Of a DNA stretch of 64,000 bases, positions 29,206 to 42,553 are shown one piece after another (within the stretch, counting starts at the first letter, position 1; each line of letters starts with the position of its first letter). The position numbers and the translations under genes were made by a program. This DNA comes from Phycisphaerales bacterium (GTDB lineage: Bacteria; Planctomycetota; Phycisphaerae; Phycisphaerales; UBA1924), in assembly GCA_965227775.1 (NCBI GenBank), contig OZ245777.1, positions 960,001 to 1,024,000 of the forward strand, read 5' to 3'. The notes beneath the pieces are model-generated. The model made no database searches. It was not told the DNA's origin and was given only the letters and a program-made list of their open reading frames with translations.

Positions 29206-29222
29206 CGTACTGCGAAGTGTGC

Positions 29223-31970
<2,748 letters not shown>

Positions 31971-32115
31971 CGCGTCCTATACTCGGCTTTTGGTTGGATA
32001 CTCGCCAGGCCCCATCGCACGATGCGGGCCTGCCTAGCGTGAAGGTTTGCCGCTGGAAAGCCGGGCGGCAGGTTTTCGATCGCTTGGAAGTGAATCTTAG
32101 AGGACCTATTCGCCT

Positions 32116-33339
32116 TTGACGAGTGCACCGTCCGAATCCATCCACACGCGCACCGCCTCTGCGAGCCCGCTCGACACGCTGGCGAGGCTCGATGACAAAC
32201 GTCCGATAGCCGCGATCGTCCGCGGCGATCAGGCGTCGATTCATGGGTGCGGGGCGTGGCAGAAAGTGTCGGGCGATTCGCTCGCGCCACGGGGCGCGGG
32301 CGCGTTTGCGGGCTTCGTGTCGTACGAGGTTGGGCACGTGCTGGAACCGACGAGCACGGCGGCGCGCCCCGGCCTGCCGGGCACGGGTGTGCACGCCGAC
32401 GCCTCGTGGGGCATCGGCGGATGGATGGCCATTGGTCACGAGCCGGTGCCAGCCACTGATGAACCGCCTGGCGCGTATCGGATTGGTCCGCTCAGGAGCG
32501 CATGGGGGAGGCGCGGCTATGAGCGTGCCGTCGGGCGCGCGGTTGAGCTTGTCCATGCGGGCGATATGTACCAGGTAAACCTGACGCATGCGCTCGTTGG
32601 CCGGTTCGAGGGATCAACACGGGCGTTGTTTACCGATATTGCGCGCGCGGCGTTGCCGGCACTGGGGTGCTATCTCGAATTGCCGCCGCTCTCGGATGGC
32701 CGCCGGCGCGCGATCCTGAGCCTGAGCCCCGAGCTGCTGGTGCGATACGACACGGCCACACGCACGCTGACGACCGAGCCAATGAAGGGCACGCGCCCGG
32801 CCACCGACTCTGGCCTTGACGACCTACGGCGGGCCGAGAAGGACAAGGCAGAGCTGGCGATGATCGTCGACCTGATGCGTAACGACCTTGGCCGCGTCAG
32901 CGATACCGGCACGGTGCGCGTTGATGAGCCGCGCATGCTTGTGCGGCACGGGCCGATCGACGGGGGCGTCTGGCAGGCGAGCGCGCGGGTCAGCGGGCGA
33001 TTGCGTGGTGACGTGACGCTCGATGATGCGCTGCGTGCGTTGCTGCCGGCTGGATCCATCACGGGCGCCCCAAAGGTGCGCGCGATGCAGGTGATCCACG
33101 AGATGGAGCCTACACGGCGCGGGCCGTATTGCGGTGCGATCGGCGTCGTGGACGACCAAGGCAACGCCGAGCTTGCCGTGGGCATCCGTACGGCTGTTGT
33201 GGTGGGCGACGAGCTGCGATACTCGGTGGGTGCGGGCATCGTGGCCCAGAGCGATCCTGCCGCCGAGTGGGCCGAGACGCTCGCGAAGGCCGGACCGCTG
33301 CGCGCGATTGGCGTCGAGATCGAGGACGACGCGTCGTGA
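32116..33339 (+). CDS. pabB: Aminodeoxychorismate synthase component I / anthranilate synthase I family
   Basis: GDMYQVNL, SPEL, PMKGT, KDKAELAMIVDLMRNDLGRV, GSITGAPK, RGPYCGAIG; start uncertain. Confidence 0.8.
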   Translation: MTSAPSESIHTRTASASPLDTLARLDDKRPIAAIVRGDQASIHGCGAWQKVSGDSLAPRGAGAFAGFVSYEVGHVLEPTSTAARPGLPGTGVHADASWGIGGWMAIGHEPVPATDEPPGAYRIGPLRSAWGRRGYERAVGRAVELVHAGDMYQVNLTHALVGRFEGSTRALFTDIARAALPALGCYLELPPLSDGRRRAILSLSPELLVRYDTATRTLTTEPMKGTRPATDSGLDDLRRAEKDKAELAMIVDLMRNDLGRVSDTGTVRVDEPRMLVRHGPIDGGVWQASARVSGRLRGDVTLDDALRALLPAGSITGAPKVRAMQVIHEMEPTRRGPYCGAIGVVDDQGNAELAVGIRTAVVVGDELRYSVGAGIVAQSDPAAEWAETLAKAGPLRAIGVEIEDDAS

Positions 33340-33824
33340 CGCGGGTGCTGGCCGACCTCGTTGATGCCTACGTGGCGCGTGAGCGCGAGGCGGTCGAGTT
33401 CTTGCAGCTGCGTCGCGTCGCCGAGCCCATGGCTGGCACGTGGCAGCCTGTGATGGGGCACATCGAGACCGGCGAGATCGCCGTGGCAGCTGTTGTGCGA
33501 GAGCTTGGCGAAGAGGTTGGGCTCCGGCCGAACGATGCCGCGTGGCTTGGTTGCTGGCAGCTGGAGGAAGTGCATCCCTACTTCGTCGCGGCTCTCGATG
33601 CGGTGGTGCTGTCGCCGCGCTTCGCGGTGCTGGTGGATAGCGCGTGGGAGCCGGACATCTCGGGCGACGATGCCCACGATGCGCATCGATGGGTTCTCGC
33701 GAGCAGAGTCGAGCAGGAGTTCTTGTGGCCCGGCCAGTGGCGCGCGTGCGCCGAGGCGGCAAGCCTGATCGCTACGCGCGGATCCGCGCTCGAGCGGGCG
33801 TTGCGGCTGCGTCCCGAGGCGTGA
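33336..33824 (+). CDS. NUDIX hydrolase (NudB-like)
   Basis: GTGA overlap with pabB stop; WQPVMGHIETGE..AVVRELGEEVGL Nudix box. Confidence 0.8.
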   Translation: MTRVLADLVDAYVAREREAVEFLQLRRVAEPMAGTWQPVMGHIETGEIAVAAVVRELGEEVGLRPNDAAWLGCWQLEEVHPYFVAALDAVVLSPRFAVLVDSAWEPDISGDDAHDAHRWVLASRVEQEFLWPGQWRACAEAASLIATRGSALERALRLRPEA

Positions 33825-34959
33825 CCGCGGCCGGCTTCAGGCTCGGCATGAGGGGGAAGGCGTCGGCCTGGAGCCCCAAGATGCGGGACGCCTCGATCCA
33901 CGGCGCGACCACGGTTTCGCCGAGGCCACGCCCATGCATATTCGCGAGCGCGTCGAGCATCGGGCCCGGTGAGAGCGTGCCGATGACCAGGCGGTCGGCG
34001 TCGCGTGTCTCGTCGACGATCTCGACGCCCGCTTCGGTGAGCGCCCGGCGGACGGCCCACGCGTGCTTGCCCTCGTGCACGAGGCGCGCGGTGTCGAAGC
34101 GCTCGGTCGCCAGTGCCTGCTCAACCGCCTCGCGCGCGTGGTAGAGCCCGACGAACCGCTCGAAGTGGTGCTCGCTCATCGGCCGGCGATCGAGCGCGTG
34201 GCGGATCGTGCGAAGCTCGGCGAGTCCTTGCCTGAAGCCTTCGATGGCGTCTTCCTTCTGGGCGATCCACGCGCATCGGCGGATGTGGTCTCTCCGCAGG
34301 AACGCGCGGTCGTGCGCGGGTGTGGTGCGCTCGATGATGACGCCCTGGTTGCGCGTCAGCAGACGGATCATGCGATTCAGATCGCGATTGGTCGAGGTCT
34401 TGTGGTGGAGCACGCGGAACCACGGGCTGAACTCGAGCCGCCAGCCCGCGTCGATCAGGCGCGCGCAGAGATCGGGTTCTTCGGCGGCGAAGAAGAAGCT
34501 CTCGTCGTAGCCGCCGGCATCCAGATACGCCTGCCTGCGTACGGCGGCACCGCAGCCGACGAGCACCTCGGGCAGTCCGCCGCGCTCTCGCGAGCCGTCG
34601 GGCAGGGTGATGTCGGCCATGACAGCGGCGACATCGTCGGCGGTGCGCTCGAGCACGTGCAGGTGGCCCAGGTCCTTGGGCGCACTGTCGTCGTCGAGCA
34701 TCACCAGCCAGTCGTGCTCGGCCTGCGCCGCCGCGTGGTTCCGTGCTGAGGCGGCGACGTTGCGGTCGAGCCGCACCACGCGCACCGGGATGGATGTATC
34801 CGGCAGCGTCTCGCGCACGGGAACATCGGAAGCATTGTCGGCGATGACGACCTCGACCGGGCTTGATTGGTGTTCGTGCAACGCGTCGAGCGCACACAGC
34901 GTGGCGGCGAGCTCGGCGGGCCGGTTACGCGTGCACGTGACGTAGGAGGTCGCGGTCAT
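33772..34959 (-). CDS. Glycosyltransferase family 2
   Basis: TRNR, IADNAS, ARNHAA, MLDDD, GGYDESFFFAAEEPDL; ATGA overlap with upstream gene. Confidence 0.88.
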   Translation of the reverse strand: MTATSYVTCTRNRPAELAATLCALDALHEHQSSPVEVVIADNASDVPVRETLPDTSIPVRVVRLDRNVAASARNHAAAQAEHDWLVMLDDDSAPKDLGHLHVLERTADDVAAVMADITLPDGSRERGGLPEVLVGCGAAVRRQAYLDAGGYDESFFFAAEEPDLCARLIDAGWRLEFSPWFRVLHHKTSTNRDLNRMIRLLTRNQGVIIERTTPAHDRAFLRRDHIRRCAWIAQKEDAIEGFRQGLAELRTIRHALDRRPMSEHHFERFVGLYHAREAVEQALATERFDTARLVHEGKHAWAVRRALTEAGVEIVDETRDADRLVIGTLSPGPMLDALANMHGRGLGETVVAPWIEASRILGLQADAFPLMPSLKPAAVTPRDAAATPARARIRA

Positions 34960-36602
34960 GACGCCACCCGCGCTGCGTGGGCGTGTTCGTCGGCGCGGTA
35001 TACCAGATGGGCGGCGGTGAGGCGCTCGATGGCGCTCTGCATCGCGCGAATCGTGATGGTGCACACGCCGGGCCGGCCAAGGGCGTCGGCGTCTGCGATG
35101 GCGGCGAATATGGCGGCGATCGCGAGCTGGTTCGAGGCATCGGCCCTTGCGATTCGGGCGCCGATGAGACCGACGGTTGCCGCGGCCAGCGATGCCGCGT
35201 CGGCGCCGCCCGAGTCGAGCGGCAGCGGCGCGAGGTTCGGCACGGGTTGGGCGCGCACGCGAGTGGGCCAGCCGTCGCCCGAGTCGATCGGCGTTTCGAG
35301 GCGATCGAACGCGAGCAGACCCTCTGCGCCCAGGCCGACGATCGCGGCGCGCGCCTGGGCGGCGTCCATGGCCGACCACGCCGACGAGGTCAGGCTGCCC
35401 GATGGGTTCGCGACGGCCCTGCGCAGGTCGGCTTCGGCGACAAGAAGCAGGTCGGCGTGGCGGATCGCAAGCGGGTTAGCGCTTCGTGCTTGCGCACTTG
35501 TCGCCACCGTGCAGCTTCGCTCGCGCAGCAGGTCGCTCACCGCTCGGGCGACCGAGCCGGCCAGCATGCCCAATCCCTGATCGGCGATGCACACGGCATC
35601 GACCGCGTCGGCGCGCTCGGCAAGCTCGGCGACCAACGCGCCGCGAAGCATCGTGTCGGCGGCGATGGGCTTCGCGTGGTCGACCGTCATCAGCTTCTGC
35701 GCACCGGATACGAAGTGCTCGAGCACCGACGGCTCGGGCGTTGGGGGCAGCGTGACGAGTTCGACGCCTGCGAGGCTGAGTCGCTGTTCGAGCAATCGAC
35801 CCGCGTCCCCAGCTGGCGGCGCGGTGAGCAGAGTCGGCTGCATGCCCATGGCGGCGAATTGCAGGGCGACGCCCGCGGCGCCGGAATCGAATCGCCGCTC
35901 GCCCGCGGGGCGGAGCGTCATTACGGGTTCTCGGGCGCCCATCTGGGGGGCCTGGCACACGCGGTAGACCTCTTCGACGGCCTCGCCCACGACCAGCACG
36001 CGTTGGCCTTGCGCCGCGTCGAGCGCGTTGCGCAGGTCATCACTGCTCATGCCGGGCTGGCGGAGGAGCTGCGCGAGTGCGCCGGTCGGTGCGTCGACGC
36101 CGGTGTCGCGGCCGCCCTCGAGCACGGCGATGAGCGCCGAGGAGCTGAACACGATGTCACCCGACGAGAACACGACGCGTCCGCCGCTGGCCTCTACGGC
36201 GGCTCGCTCGGCGGCGAAGCGCGGGTCGTCATTGGACTCGTATTCGCGGCCCTTGACGTACGCGTCGGGGCGTACGGCGCGGAGGATGCCCTCGGCGGTC
36301 GGTTCTTCGACCACGTGCACGGCGTCGACCATGTCCAGGCTCGCGAGGTTCTCGGCTCGCAGGTCGTGGGGGATCAGTGGCCGGCCGATGCCCTTGTTTA
36401 TGCCTTGGTCCGCGGTGATGGTCACCAGCAGCGCGTCGCCCTGGGCCCGGGCCCACCGGAGATGACGAACGTGGCCCGGGTGCACGATGTCGAAGCAGCC
36501 GTGGCACTGGACGAGCCGGCGACCGGACTGTCGCAGTTGCTCACGCCACGCCAGGAGATCGGCGAGGGTCCGGATAGCCGGATGGTGTGCGGTAGAACTC
36601 AC
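34956..36602 (-). CDS. Bifunctional HldE/RfaE-like cytidylyltransferase + PfkB-like domain
   Basis: HGCFDIVHPGHVRHL (HxGH), YVKGREY, FSSS; C-terminal ribokinase-like domain; start uncertain. Confidence 0.8.
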   Translation of the reverse strand: MSSTAHHPAIRTLADLLAWREQLRQSGRRLVQCHGCFDIVHPGHVRHLRWARAQGDALLVTITADQGINKGIGRPLIPHDLRAENLASLDMVDAVHVVEEPTAEGILRAVRPDAYVKGREYESNDDPRFAAERAAVEASGGRVVFSSGDIVFSSSALIAVLEGGRDTGVDAPTGALAQLLRQPGMSSDDLRNALDAAQGQRVLVVGEAVEEVYRVCQAPQMGAREPVMTLRPAGERRFDSGAAGVALQFAAMGMQPTLLTAPPAGDAGRLLEQRLSLAGVELVTLPPTPEPSVLEHFVSGAQKLMTVDHAKPIAADTMLRGALVAELAERADAVDAVCIADQGLGMLAGSVARAVSDLLRERSCTVATSAQARSANPLAIRHADLLLVAEADLRRAVANPSGSLTSSAWSAMDAAQARAAIVGLGAEGLLAFDRLETPIDSGDGWPTRVRAQPVPNLAPLPLDSGGADAASLAAATVGLIGARIARADASNQLAIAAIFAAIADADALGRPGVCTITIRAMQSAIERLTAAHLVYRADEHAHAARVAS

Positions 36603-36751
36603 GCGTTTCTTATCGGCATCGCAAAACGGCCAAATGAAGTGAAGATGCGGGTTGTTTGGGTCGAAGCTGACGGTGACCACTTCTTGAGAGACGACCCTCG
36701 CTGCCGTGGGAAGCTCCAACGACTCGGGCCCTTGATGCAGGAGCGGACACC

Positions 36752-38131
36752 ATGGAGCAGATCTCCGACGCGCTGGTGCTTGTCTTTGACGAGGGCTCGA
36801 CGCTTGTTCAGCTCGAACGCAGCGGGGCTCTCGACCAGCACCGAGCGCTCTGGACCGACATCGCCCGCCGCCACGGCCGGCTGATCCTGGTCACCCACGA
36901 CCGCGGCGACGAGGCTCAGAAGGCCGCCGAGCTTGCCAAGACCCTGGACGCCACGTGCGTGTGCGACGATCGCGGTACCCTGGCCCACGAGCACCAGGAT
37001 CGCGCTGCAAGCACAGTGGCAGAGCTGCTGGGTGGATGCCAGTCTGCCGTGGTGCAAGCGGTGGGCCTCATGGCGGCGCCGACGGCCCTGGCCGTCACCT
37101 CGGCGTTGCACGAGGCGGGCATCAAGGCGGCGCTCTTGGCCGAGGGCGCGGATCTATGGAGCCGCCAGTCGATCTGTGAGTTCGGCTCGACGTCCAGGGC
37201 AGCGCTCGAGGCCGCGTACCGCGAGCAGCTCGCGTGCACGTCGGCCCACGTGGTCCTCGCAGGCTGTGCACCGGTGGCCGACGACCTCGTCTGGCGGTTC
37301 AACCTGTCGGACGAGCGCGTGAGGACGGTGCCGATGCCGGTCCTGGGCGACACCTGCTGCGTACGGGCCGAGCAGCGAGACAAGAGCACGATTCTGGCAT
37401 TCGGCCCGGCCACCAAGCGTGCCCGGCTGAACGTGATCGTCGACGCCATCGCGTTCCTACGCAAGACCGATTGGCCCGAGGCGACGCTCAAGATCCTGAT
37501 GGACGGCCCTGAGGCGCCGGCGCTCGAGAAGCAGGCCGAGGCACTCGGCGTGCCGCTTGAGATCATCCCCAGCCCCACGGCCGAGCAGGCGGACGACGCG
37601 CTGCGATCGTGTGCGCTCATGGTTTATGCGGCCACGAGCGAGACCAATCCGCCGGCCGTGTTCGAGGCGCTCTCGGTGGGCACGGCGGTGGTGCTGGCGG
37701 TCGACCCGCTGTGCGCGCTGCAGGTCGTCCACGGCGTGTCGGGCTTGCGGATGCCAGCCGAGGCCGAGGCCATCGCACGGGCGGTTGGTGGCCTGCTGAT
37801 GGACGCGCCCTGGCGAGACGCGCTGGGCGCCGCTGGTCGTGAGAAGGCGTACTCCGATCACTCGAGCCCGGTCGTCGCCGAGGCGATGGCCGAAGCCCAT
37901 GTTGCGGCTCTCGAGATCGCCGAGCGTGACGGCTCATCGGTCAGCGCGGCGCTCATCCTCGCGGGCGATGGGCTTGCCAACCTCGACGCAGCCGACACGG
38001 CGGCTGCGTGGGCGAAGGCCATCGGGGACTCCCTGGGCGGTGCGGATACGAATCGAGAGGCCTATCTGGCCGCGATCTGCGAGGCCGTGGACGATCTTCG
38101 GCGTCGGGCCAGCCGCGCTCCGGCGGCCTGA
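36752..38131 (+). CDS. Glycosyltransferase family 4 (GT-B)
   Basis: SETNPPAVFEALSVGTAVV (Ex7E-like), VVHGVSGL, ALGAAGREKA. Confidence 0.7.
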   Translation: MEQISDALVLVFDEGSTLVQLERSGALDQHRALWTDIARRHGRLILVTHDRGDEAQKAAELAKTLDATCVCDDRGTLAHEHQDRAASTVAELLGGCQSAVVQAVGLMAAPTALAVTSALHEAGIKAALLAEGADLWSRQSICEFGSTSRAALEAAYREQLACTSAHVVLAGCAPVADDLVWRFNLSDERVRTVPMPVLGDTCCVRAEQRDKSTILAFGPATKRARLNVIVDAIAFLRKTDWPEATLKILMDGPEAPALEKQAEALGVPLEIIPSPTAEQADDALRSCALMVYAATSETNPPAVFEALSVGTAVVLAVDPLCALQVVHGVSGLRMPAEAEAIARAVGGLLMDAPWRDALGAAGREKAYSDHSSPVVAEAMAEAHVAALEIAERDGSSVSAALILAGDGLANLDAADTAAAWAKAIGDSLGGADTNREAYLAAICEAVDDLRRRASRAPAA

Positions 38132-38270
38132 GGCGTTATCGGTCGGCAAGACTTGCGCTTGCATGCCCAGATCTGTCGGGTGTCGTCGGAAAATGTCGGA
38201 TCTGGCGGGTCGTGCCGATATTGACGGATGTGAGGTTATGGACTGGCCTCGCAGATTGGGGACGCTTCGC

Positions 38271-38606
38271 ATGGACACGCACGCAGAAAACCTCGATCGT
38301 CGCCGCTTCCGTCGCACCAGCGTCGACCGGGCCGGCAAGGTCTTCGTTCGCCGCGCTTTGCGGTACCTGCCGGTGCGGGCGCTCGATGTCTCGCTGGGCG
38401 GGCTTTTGATCGAGGTCAAGAGCGACCGGCCGCTGATGGTGGGCGAGCCACTGGACGTGATCATCGGCGATGGCAGCCAGGCTGTGGTCGACGGCGACGA
38501 CGTGATCGAAGCGCACATCGCGCACGTGAAGGTCGATGAGGACGGTTCGCAGCGCGTCGGCCTGGCGTTTGCGCACGAGGGCGCCATGGCCGCCGTTGCG
38601 GCGTAG
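38271..38606 (+). CDS. Stand-alone PilZ domain protein (c-di-GMP receptor)
   Basis: RRRFRR (RxxxR) and DVSLGG (DxSxxG) motifs; C-terminal VGLAF. Confidence 0.8.
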   Translation: MDTHAENLDRRRFRRTSVDRAGKVFVRRALRYLPVRALDVSLGGLLIEVKSDRPLMVGEPLDVIIGDGSQAVVDGDDVIEAHIAHVKVDEDGSQRVGLAFAHEGAMAAVAA

Positions 38607-38618
38607 CGACCGCTGTCG

Positions 38619-39953
38619 GTGGGCGAAACCCGCCGTCGGGCCTGCGGATTTGTGAGAAGCCAACAATCTTTTTCCACGCCGGGGCGGGATGTCCGATGGC
38701 GTGACGGGTGCGCGGTGGCCGCGCGCTGCGGAGGGCCGGTGGCCTTGAGCGACGTGGCTCCGAACGAACCGAGTCTCAACCACGCGAGACGCTGGGCGAT
38801 CTCGCCCCGGCTCGGGCTGGCGGCATGCGGTGTGGCATGCTTGCTGGCCGCCGATGCCAGCTTCGGCCAGGCAGGCCAATCGCTCGCGCAGGTCCAGAGC
38901 GCCCCGCCCATGGGCGAGGGCGTAAAGGCCCTGACCACCAGCGACTGGCTGGCGATCATCATCCGCGTGGCCGCGCCGCTGGTGCTGGTGATCCTGTTCT
39001 TGGCCGACTTCATCCGCCCCGGCTCGTTCCAGCGGGCGGGCAAGCGAGACGTTGTGGCCTACCAGTGGCCCGTGTGGCTCTTCGGGGCGTTCGTCGTCGT
39101 CTCGGCCCAGATCTTCGGGGCCCAGGCGTTCGCGCAGATCTCGGGGCTCTGGGAGTGGATGGCGGCCAAGGGCGGCCCGGTGCAGCCGCTGGGCGAGAGC
39201 CAGACGCGTGACGAGGCCCTGACGCAGCTTGGCTCGGTCATCTTCGGCGCCTTCGCGGGCGGCGTGATGGTCTACCTGCTTAATAAGCGCGAGCACGACG
39301 AGGGCATGCGCTTCGGGGCCGGCGATGTGCCACTCGGCCTGCTGGCGGTCGTCATCGCCTTCCCGGTGGTCGCGGCCGCGGGCGAGCTCTCTCGCATCGC
39401 GTTTACGTACGCCTCGGGCGAGGAGCAGAGCACCATCGCCCACGCCACGTTGGAGCTGATCCGTCAGAACTCGCAAGACCCCTGGACGTGGGTGATCATC
39501 TTCTCGGCCATCCTGGGTGCGGCGATCATCGAGGAACTGATCTTCCGGGCCTTCGTGCAGACCGCCTTGCTGCGGATGCTGGGCTCGACGTGGCTGGCGG
39601 TGATCATCACCAGCGCCGTGTTCGCCCTGGTCCACACGTCGGGCGATGCCGTGCCGTGGCACGCGGTGCCGGCGCTCTTCGTGCTGGGCCTGGCCATCGG
39701 CATCGCGTACGAGCGGTTCAAGGGCCTGGGTGTGCCGATCGCGATGCACGCGGGCTTCAACGCCATCAACATCGCCCTGGTGCTCTGGATGGCCGATCCG
39801 ACGCCTCAGCCCACGCAGTACGACGAGCAGGGCGTCCCTATCACCCAGACCGAGGACGGTCTCCAGCCTGGCCAGCAGCCCGAATCGCCGGGTGAGTTCC
39901 AGGACCCCTCGGCCCCGCCCGGGCCGGACGGCAGCCCAGGGGGCCAGCCCTAG
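38619..39953 (+). CDS. CPBP (Abi/CAAX) family intramembrane metalloprotease
   Basis: IIEELIFR, FALVH, HAGFN motifs; multiple TM segments; start uncertain. Confidence 0.88.
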   Translation: MGETRRRACGFVRSQQSFSTPGRDVRWRDGCAVAARCGGPVALSDVAPNEPSLNHARRWAISPRLGLAACGVACLLAADASFGQAGQSLAQVQSAPPMGEGVKALTTSDWLAIIIRVAAPLVLVILFLADFIRPGSFQRAGKRDVVAYQWPVWLFGAFVVVSAQIFGAQAFAQISGLWEWMAAKGGPVQPLGESQTRDEALTQLGSVIFGAFAGGVMVYLLNKREHDEGMRFGAGDVPLGLLAVVIAFPVVAAAGELSRIAFTYASGEEQSTIAHATLELIRQNSQDPWTWVIIFSAILGAAIIEELIFRAFVQTALLRMLGSTWLAVIITSAVFALVHTSGDAVPWHAVPALFVLGLAIGIAYERFKGLGVPIAMHAGFNAINIALVLWMADPTPQPTQYDEQGVPITQTEDGLQPGQQPESPGEFQDPSAPPGPDGSPGGQP

Positions 39954-40051
39954 GTCGGTCGATTTGTTTGCGGCCGCCAACCGCTGTACTGTCCGGGGCT
40001 TTGGCACGGGCGCACACGAGTCGGGGAATCCATCGCGGGCGTCTGGCCCGG

Positions 40052-42508
40052 ATGGCCACCGCTGCATCTCTGCTGATGGTGGTTGGCGCGGCCTATGCAC
40101 AGGCCCCGACGGCCGACCAGGAGCCCCTGGAGCAGGTCACGGGCCCGCTTGCGGAGTTTGCAGACCGCCGGGTGGCTGCGGTCGTGCTCCGCCGGCCGAC
40201 CGAGACGGGCGCGTTCGCCCCGCTCGACTCAACGCTCGAGACCATGGCAAAGCAGCAGATCCGCACGGCAGCGGGTTCGGCGCTCGATCCGCAGATGCTG
40301 CTGCGCGATCGGCGGACACTCGACAGGCTGGGGCGTTTCCGTCGCATCGTGGTCGAGGCGGTGCCGCAGGAAGACGGCTCGGTGGTGGTCGTGTTCACGC
40401 TCGACCCCCAGCCACTCATCTACGTGGTGCAGCCGGTGGGCAACCGAGCGTTGAGCGATCAGAAGATCTCGGCCCTGACCGAGGTGCTCGTGCTCAACCC
40501 GGTCGATCCGGTGCTCATCCAGAACGTGGCGCGAGATATCGAGCGGGCCTACGCCATCGAGGGCTATACCGAGGCCCAGGTGACCCCGGATCTGTCGGAG
40601 GTCGAAGAGACCGGCCAGCTCTTCCTGCGTGTGCGTGAGGGCAGCCGCCTGCGCGTCACGGGCGTGCGCTTCGAGGGCAACGAGATCTTCAGCGATCGCC
40701 AGCTCCGCTCGCAGGTCGAGTTGGAAACGTACACGCCCGTGCTGAGCAAGGGGCGCTTCGACGAGGCGCAAGCCCGGGACGATGTCCAGTCGCTCATCCG
40801 CTTCTATCGCGATCGCGGGTACATCGACGTGCGGGCCGGATGGCAGCGCATCGATTCGCCCAACAACCGCGAGGTCATCGTGGTGTACCACGTGGCAGAG
40901 GGCGAGCGATACACGGTGCGCGACGTCATCGTCGAGTACGTGGACGAGCGGTTTCAGGACGACTTCGTGCCCAGGCTGAGCCCGGACCAGATCCGCGGGC
41001 TGATGTCGATCAAGACGGGTGACATCTACAACGCTTCGCTCATCCGCGACGGCATCGACGATGTCTACGCGGCGCTGACACGCATGGGCTACACGACGTG
41101 CGTTGTGCGGACCGAGGACCTCACCGACGCCGAGGACAACCTGGTCGACCTGCGCGTGCGTATCAGCCAGGGGCCCGCGAGCAAGGTGGGGCTCGTGAAT
41201 GTCATCGGCAACTCCATCACGCAGTTGCGCGTCGTGATGCGGTACATCGAGCTCGAACCCGATACGCCCGCGGACATCCACGAGCGTGTGCCGGTTGAAG
41301 AATCTGCCGGCTTGCGGTCAAAGCAGAACCTCGAGCGTTCGCGCTTCTTCGGGCCGATCGGTCGGCCCGATGTGCAGGTAGTCTTGCAAGACCCAACCGG
41401 TCCCAGCAACCATCGCGATGTTCTCATCAGCCTGCAGGAAGCGCGCACGGCCAACTTCCAGATCGGCGCGGCCGTCAGCAGCGACTCGGGCCTCATCGGC
41501 CAGCTGTCGGTGAGCGAGAGCAACTTCGACATCACCGATTGGCCCGAGAGCTGGGACGAGTTCATTGGCCGGCGTGCGTTCCGTGGTGGCGGGCAGCGGG
41601 CGTCGATCAGCCTTGAGCCGGGCAACATCAGCGAGCGATACGCGATCTCGTTCGGCGAGCCGAGCCTGTTCGAGGGCAACTACAGCCTCGACACGTCGGT
41701 GTTTTACCGCTCGTTTGAGTTCGACGACTACGACGAGGCGCGCGTCGGCGGAACGCTCGCGATCGGCCGCTCATTTGGCACGCAGTGGCGGGCCGGTTTG
41801 TCGACGAGACTCGAGCAGGTGCGCGTGCGCGACATCGAGCCCGATCGCCCGGTCGACCTGTTTGAGAGCGAGGGCGAGAGTCTGCTCGACGTGCAAGGCT
41901 TGACGCTCTCGCGATCGAACTTCGATCGGCCGTTCCTGCCCACACGAGGCTCGGCGCTTCGGACCAGCATCGAGCAGGCCGGCGTCTTTACGGACGATTG
42001 GGACTTCACGCGTCTGCGGGCGAGCGGCGTCGTGTACGTGCCCATCCAGGAAGACTTCCTGGGGCGTGCGACGGTCGCCAACTTCACGTCGCGCGTTGGT
42101 TACATCCCGGACTCGCCGAGCGACGTGCCGGTGTTTGAGCGGCTCAACGCGGGCGGATCGAACTTCCGCGGCTTCGGCGTCCGCGGAATCGGGCCGGTCG
42201 GCATCCGCAACGACACGGGCACGCTTGGCGATGACCAGGTGGGCGGAACGTGGGAGTTCTTCGTGGGCGCCGAGATCCAGCAGCCCATCTACAACGACAA
42301 TTTCCGCCTGGTCTTCTTCACCGACATGGGCACCGTGACCAACAAGCCCGGCTTCGACCACTGGCGCGTCTCGGTCGGTACGGGCTTCAGGCTGACCGTG
42401 CCGGCGCTGACCCCGGTGCCGCTGGCGTTCGACTTTGGTTTCCCCATACTGAAGGAGCCAACGGATGACACGCGGATCTTCAACTTTACTGTTGAGGTGC
42501 CGTTCTAG
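40052..42508 (+). CDS. bamA: Outer membrane protein assembly factor BamA family
   Basis: POTRA repeats (YRDRGY, GNSIT), AGGSNFRGF motif, C-terminal aromatic F; start uncertain. Confidence 0.88.
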   Translation: MATAASLLMVVGAAYAQAPTADQEPLEQVTGPLAEFADRRVAAVVLRRPTETGAFAPLDSTLETMAKQQIRTAAGSALDPQMLLRDRRTLDRLGRFRRIVVEAVPQEDGSVVVVFTLDPQPLIYVVQPVGNRALSDQKISALTEVLVLNPVDPVLIQNVARDIERAYAIEGYTEAQVTPDLSEVEETGQLFLRVREGSRLRVTGVRFEGNEIFSDRQLRSQVELETYTPVLSKGRFDEAQARDDVQSLIRFYRDRGYIDVRAGWQRIDSPNNREVIVVYHVAEGERYTVRDVIVEYVDERFQDDFVPRLSPDQIRGLMSIKTGDIYNASLIRDGIDDVYAALTRMGYTTCVVRTEDLTDAEDNLVDLRVRISQGPASKVGLVNVIGNSITQLRVVMRYIELEPDTPADIHERVPVEESAGLRSKQNLERSRFFGPIGRPDVQVVLQDPTGPSNHRDVLISLQEARTANFQIGAAVSSDSGLIGQLSVSESNFDITDWPESWDEFIGRRAFRGGGQRASISLEPGNISERYAISFGEPSLFEGNYSLDTSVFYRSFEFDDYDEARVGGTLAIGRSFGTQWRAGLSTRLEQVRVRDIEPDRPVDLFESEGESLLDVQGLTLSRSNFDRPFLPTRGSALRTSIEQAGVFTDDWDFTRLRASGVVYVPIQEDFLGRATVANFTSRVGYIPDSPSDVPVFERLNAGGSNFRGFGVRGIGPVGIRNDTGTLGDDQVGGTWEFFVGAEIQQPIYNDNFRLVFFTDMGTVTNKPGFDHWRVSVGTGFRLTVPALTPVPLAFDFGFPILKEPTDDTRIFNFTVEVPF

Positions 42509-42553
42509 ACACCACGCCGACTCACCAACACGTCCGCGAAGAGGGAGACCCGC

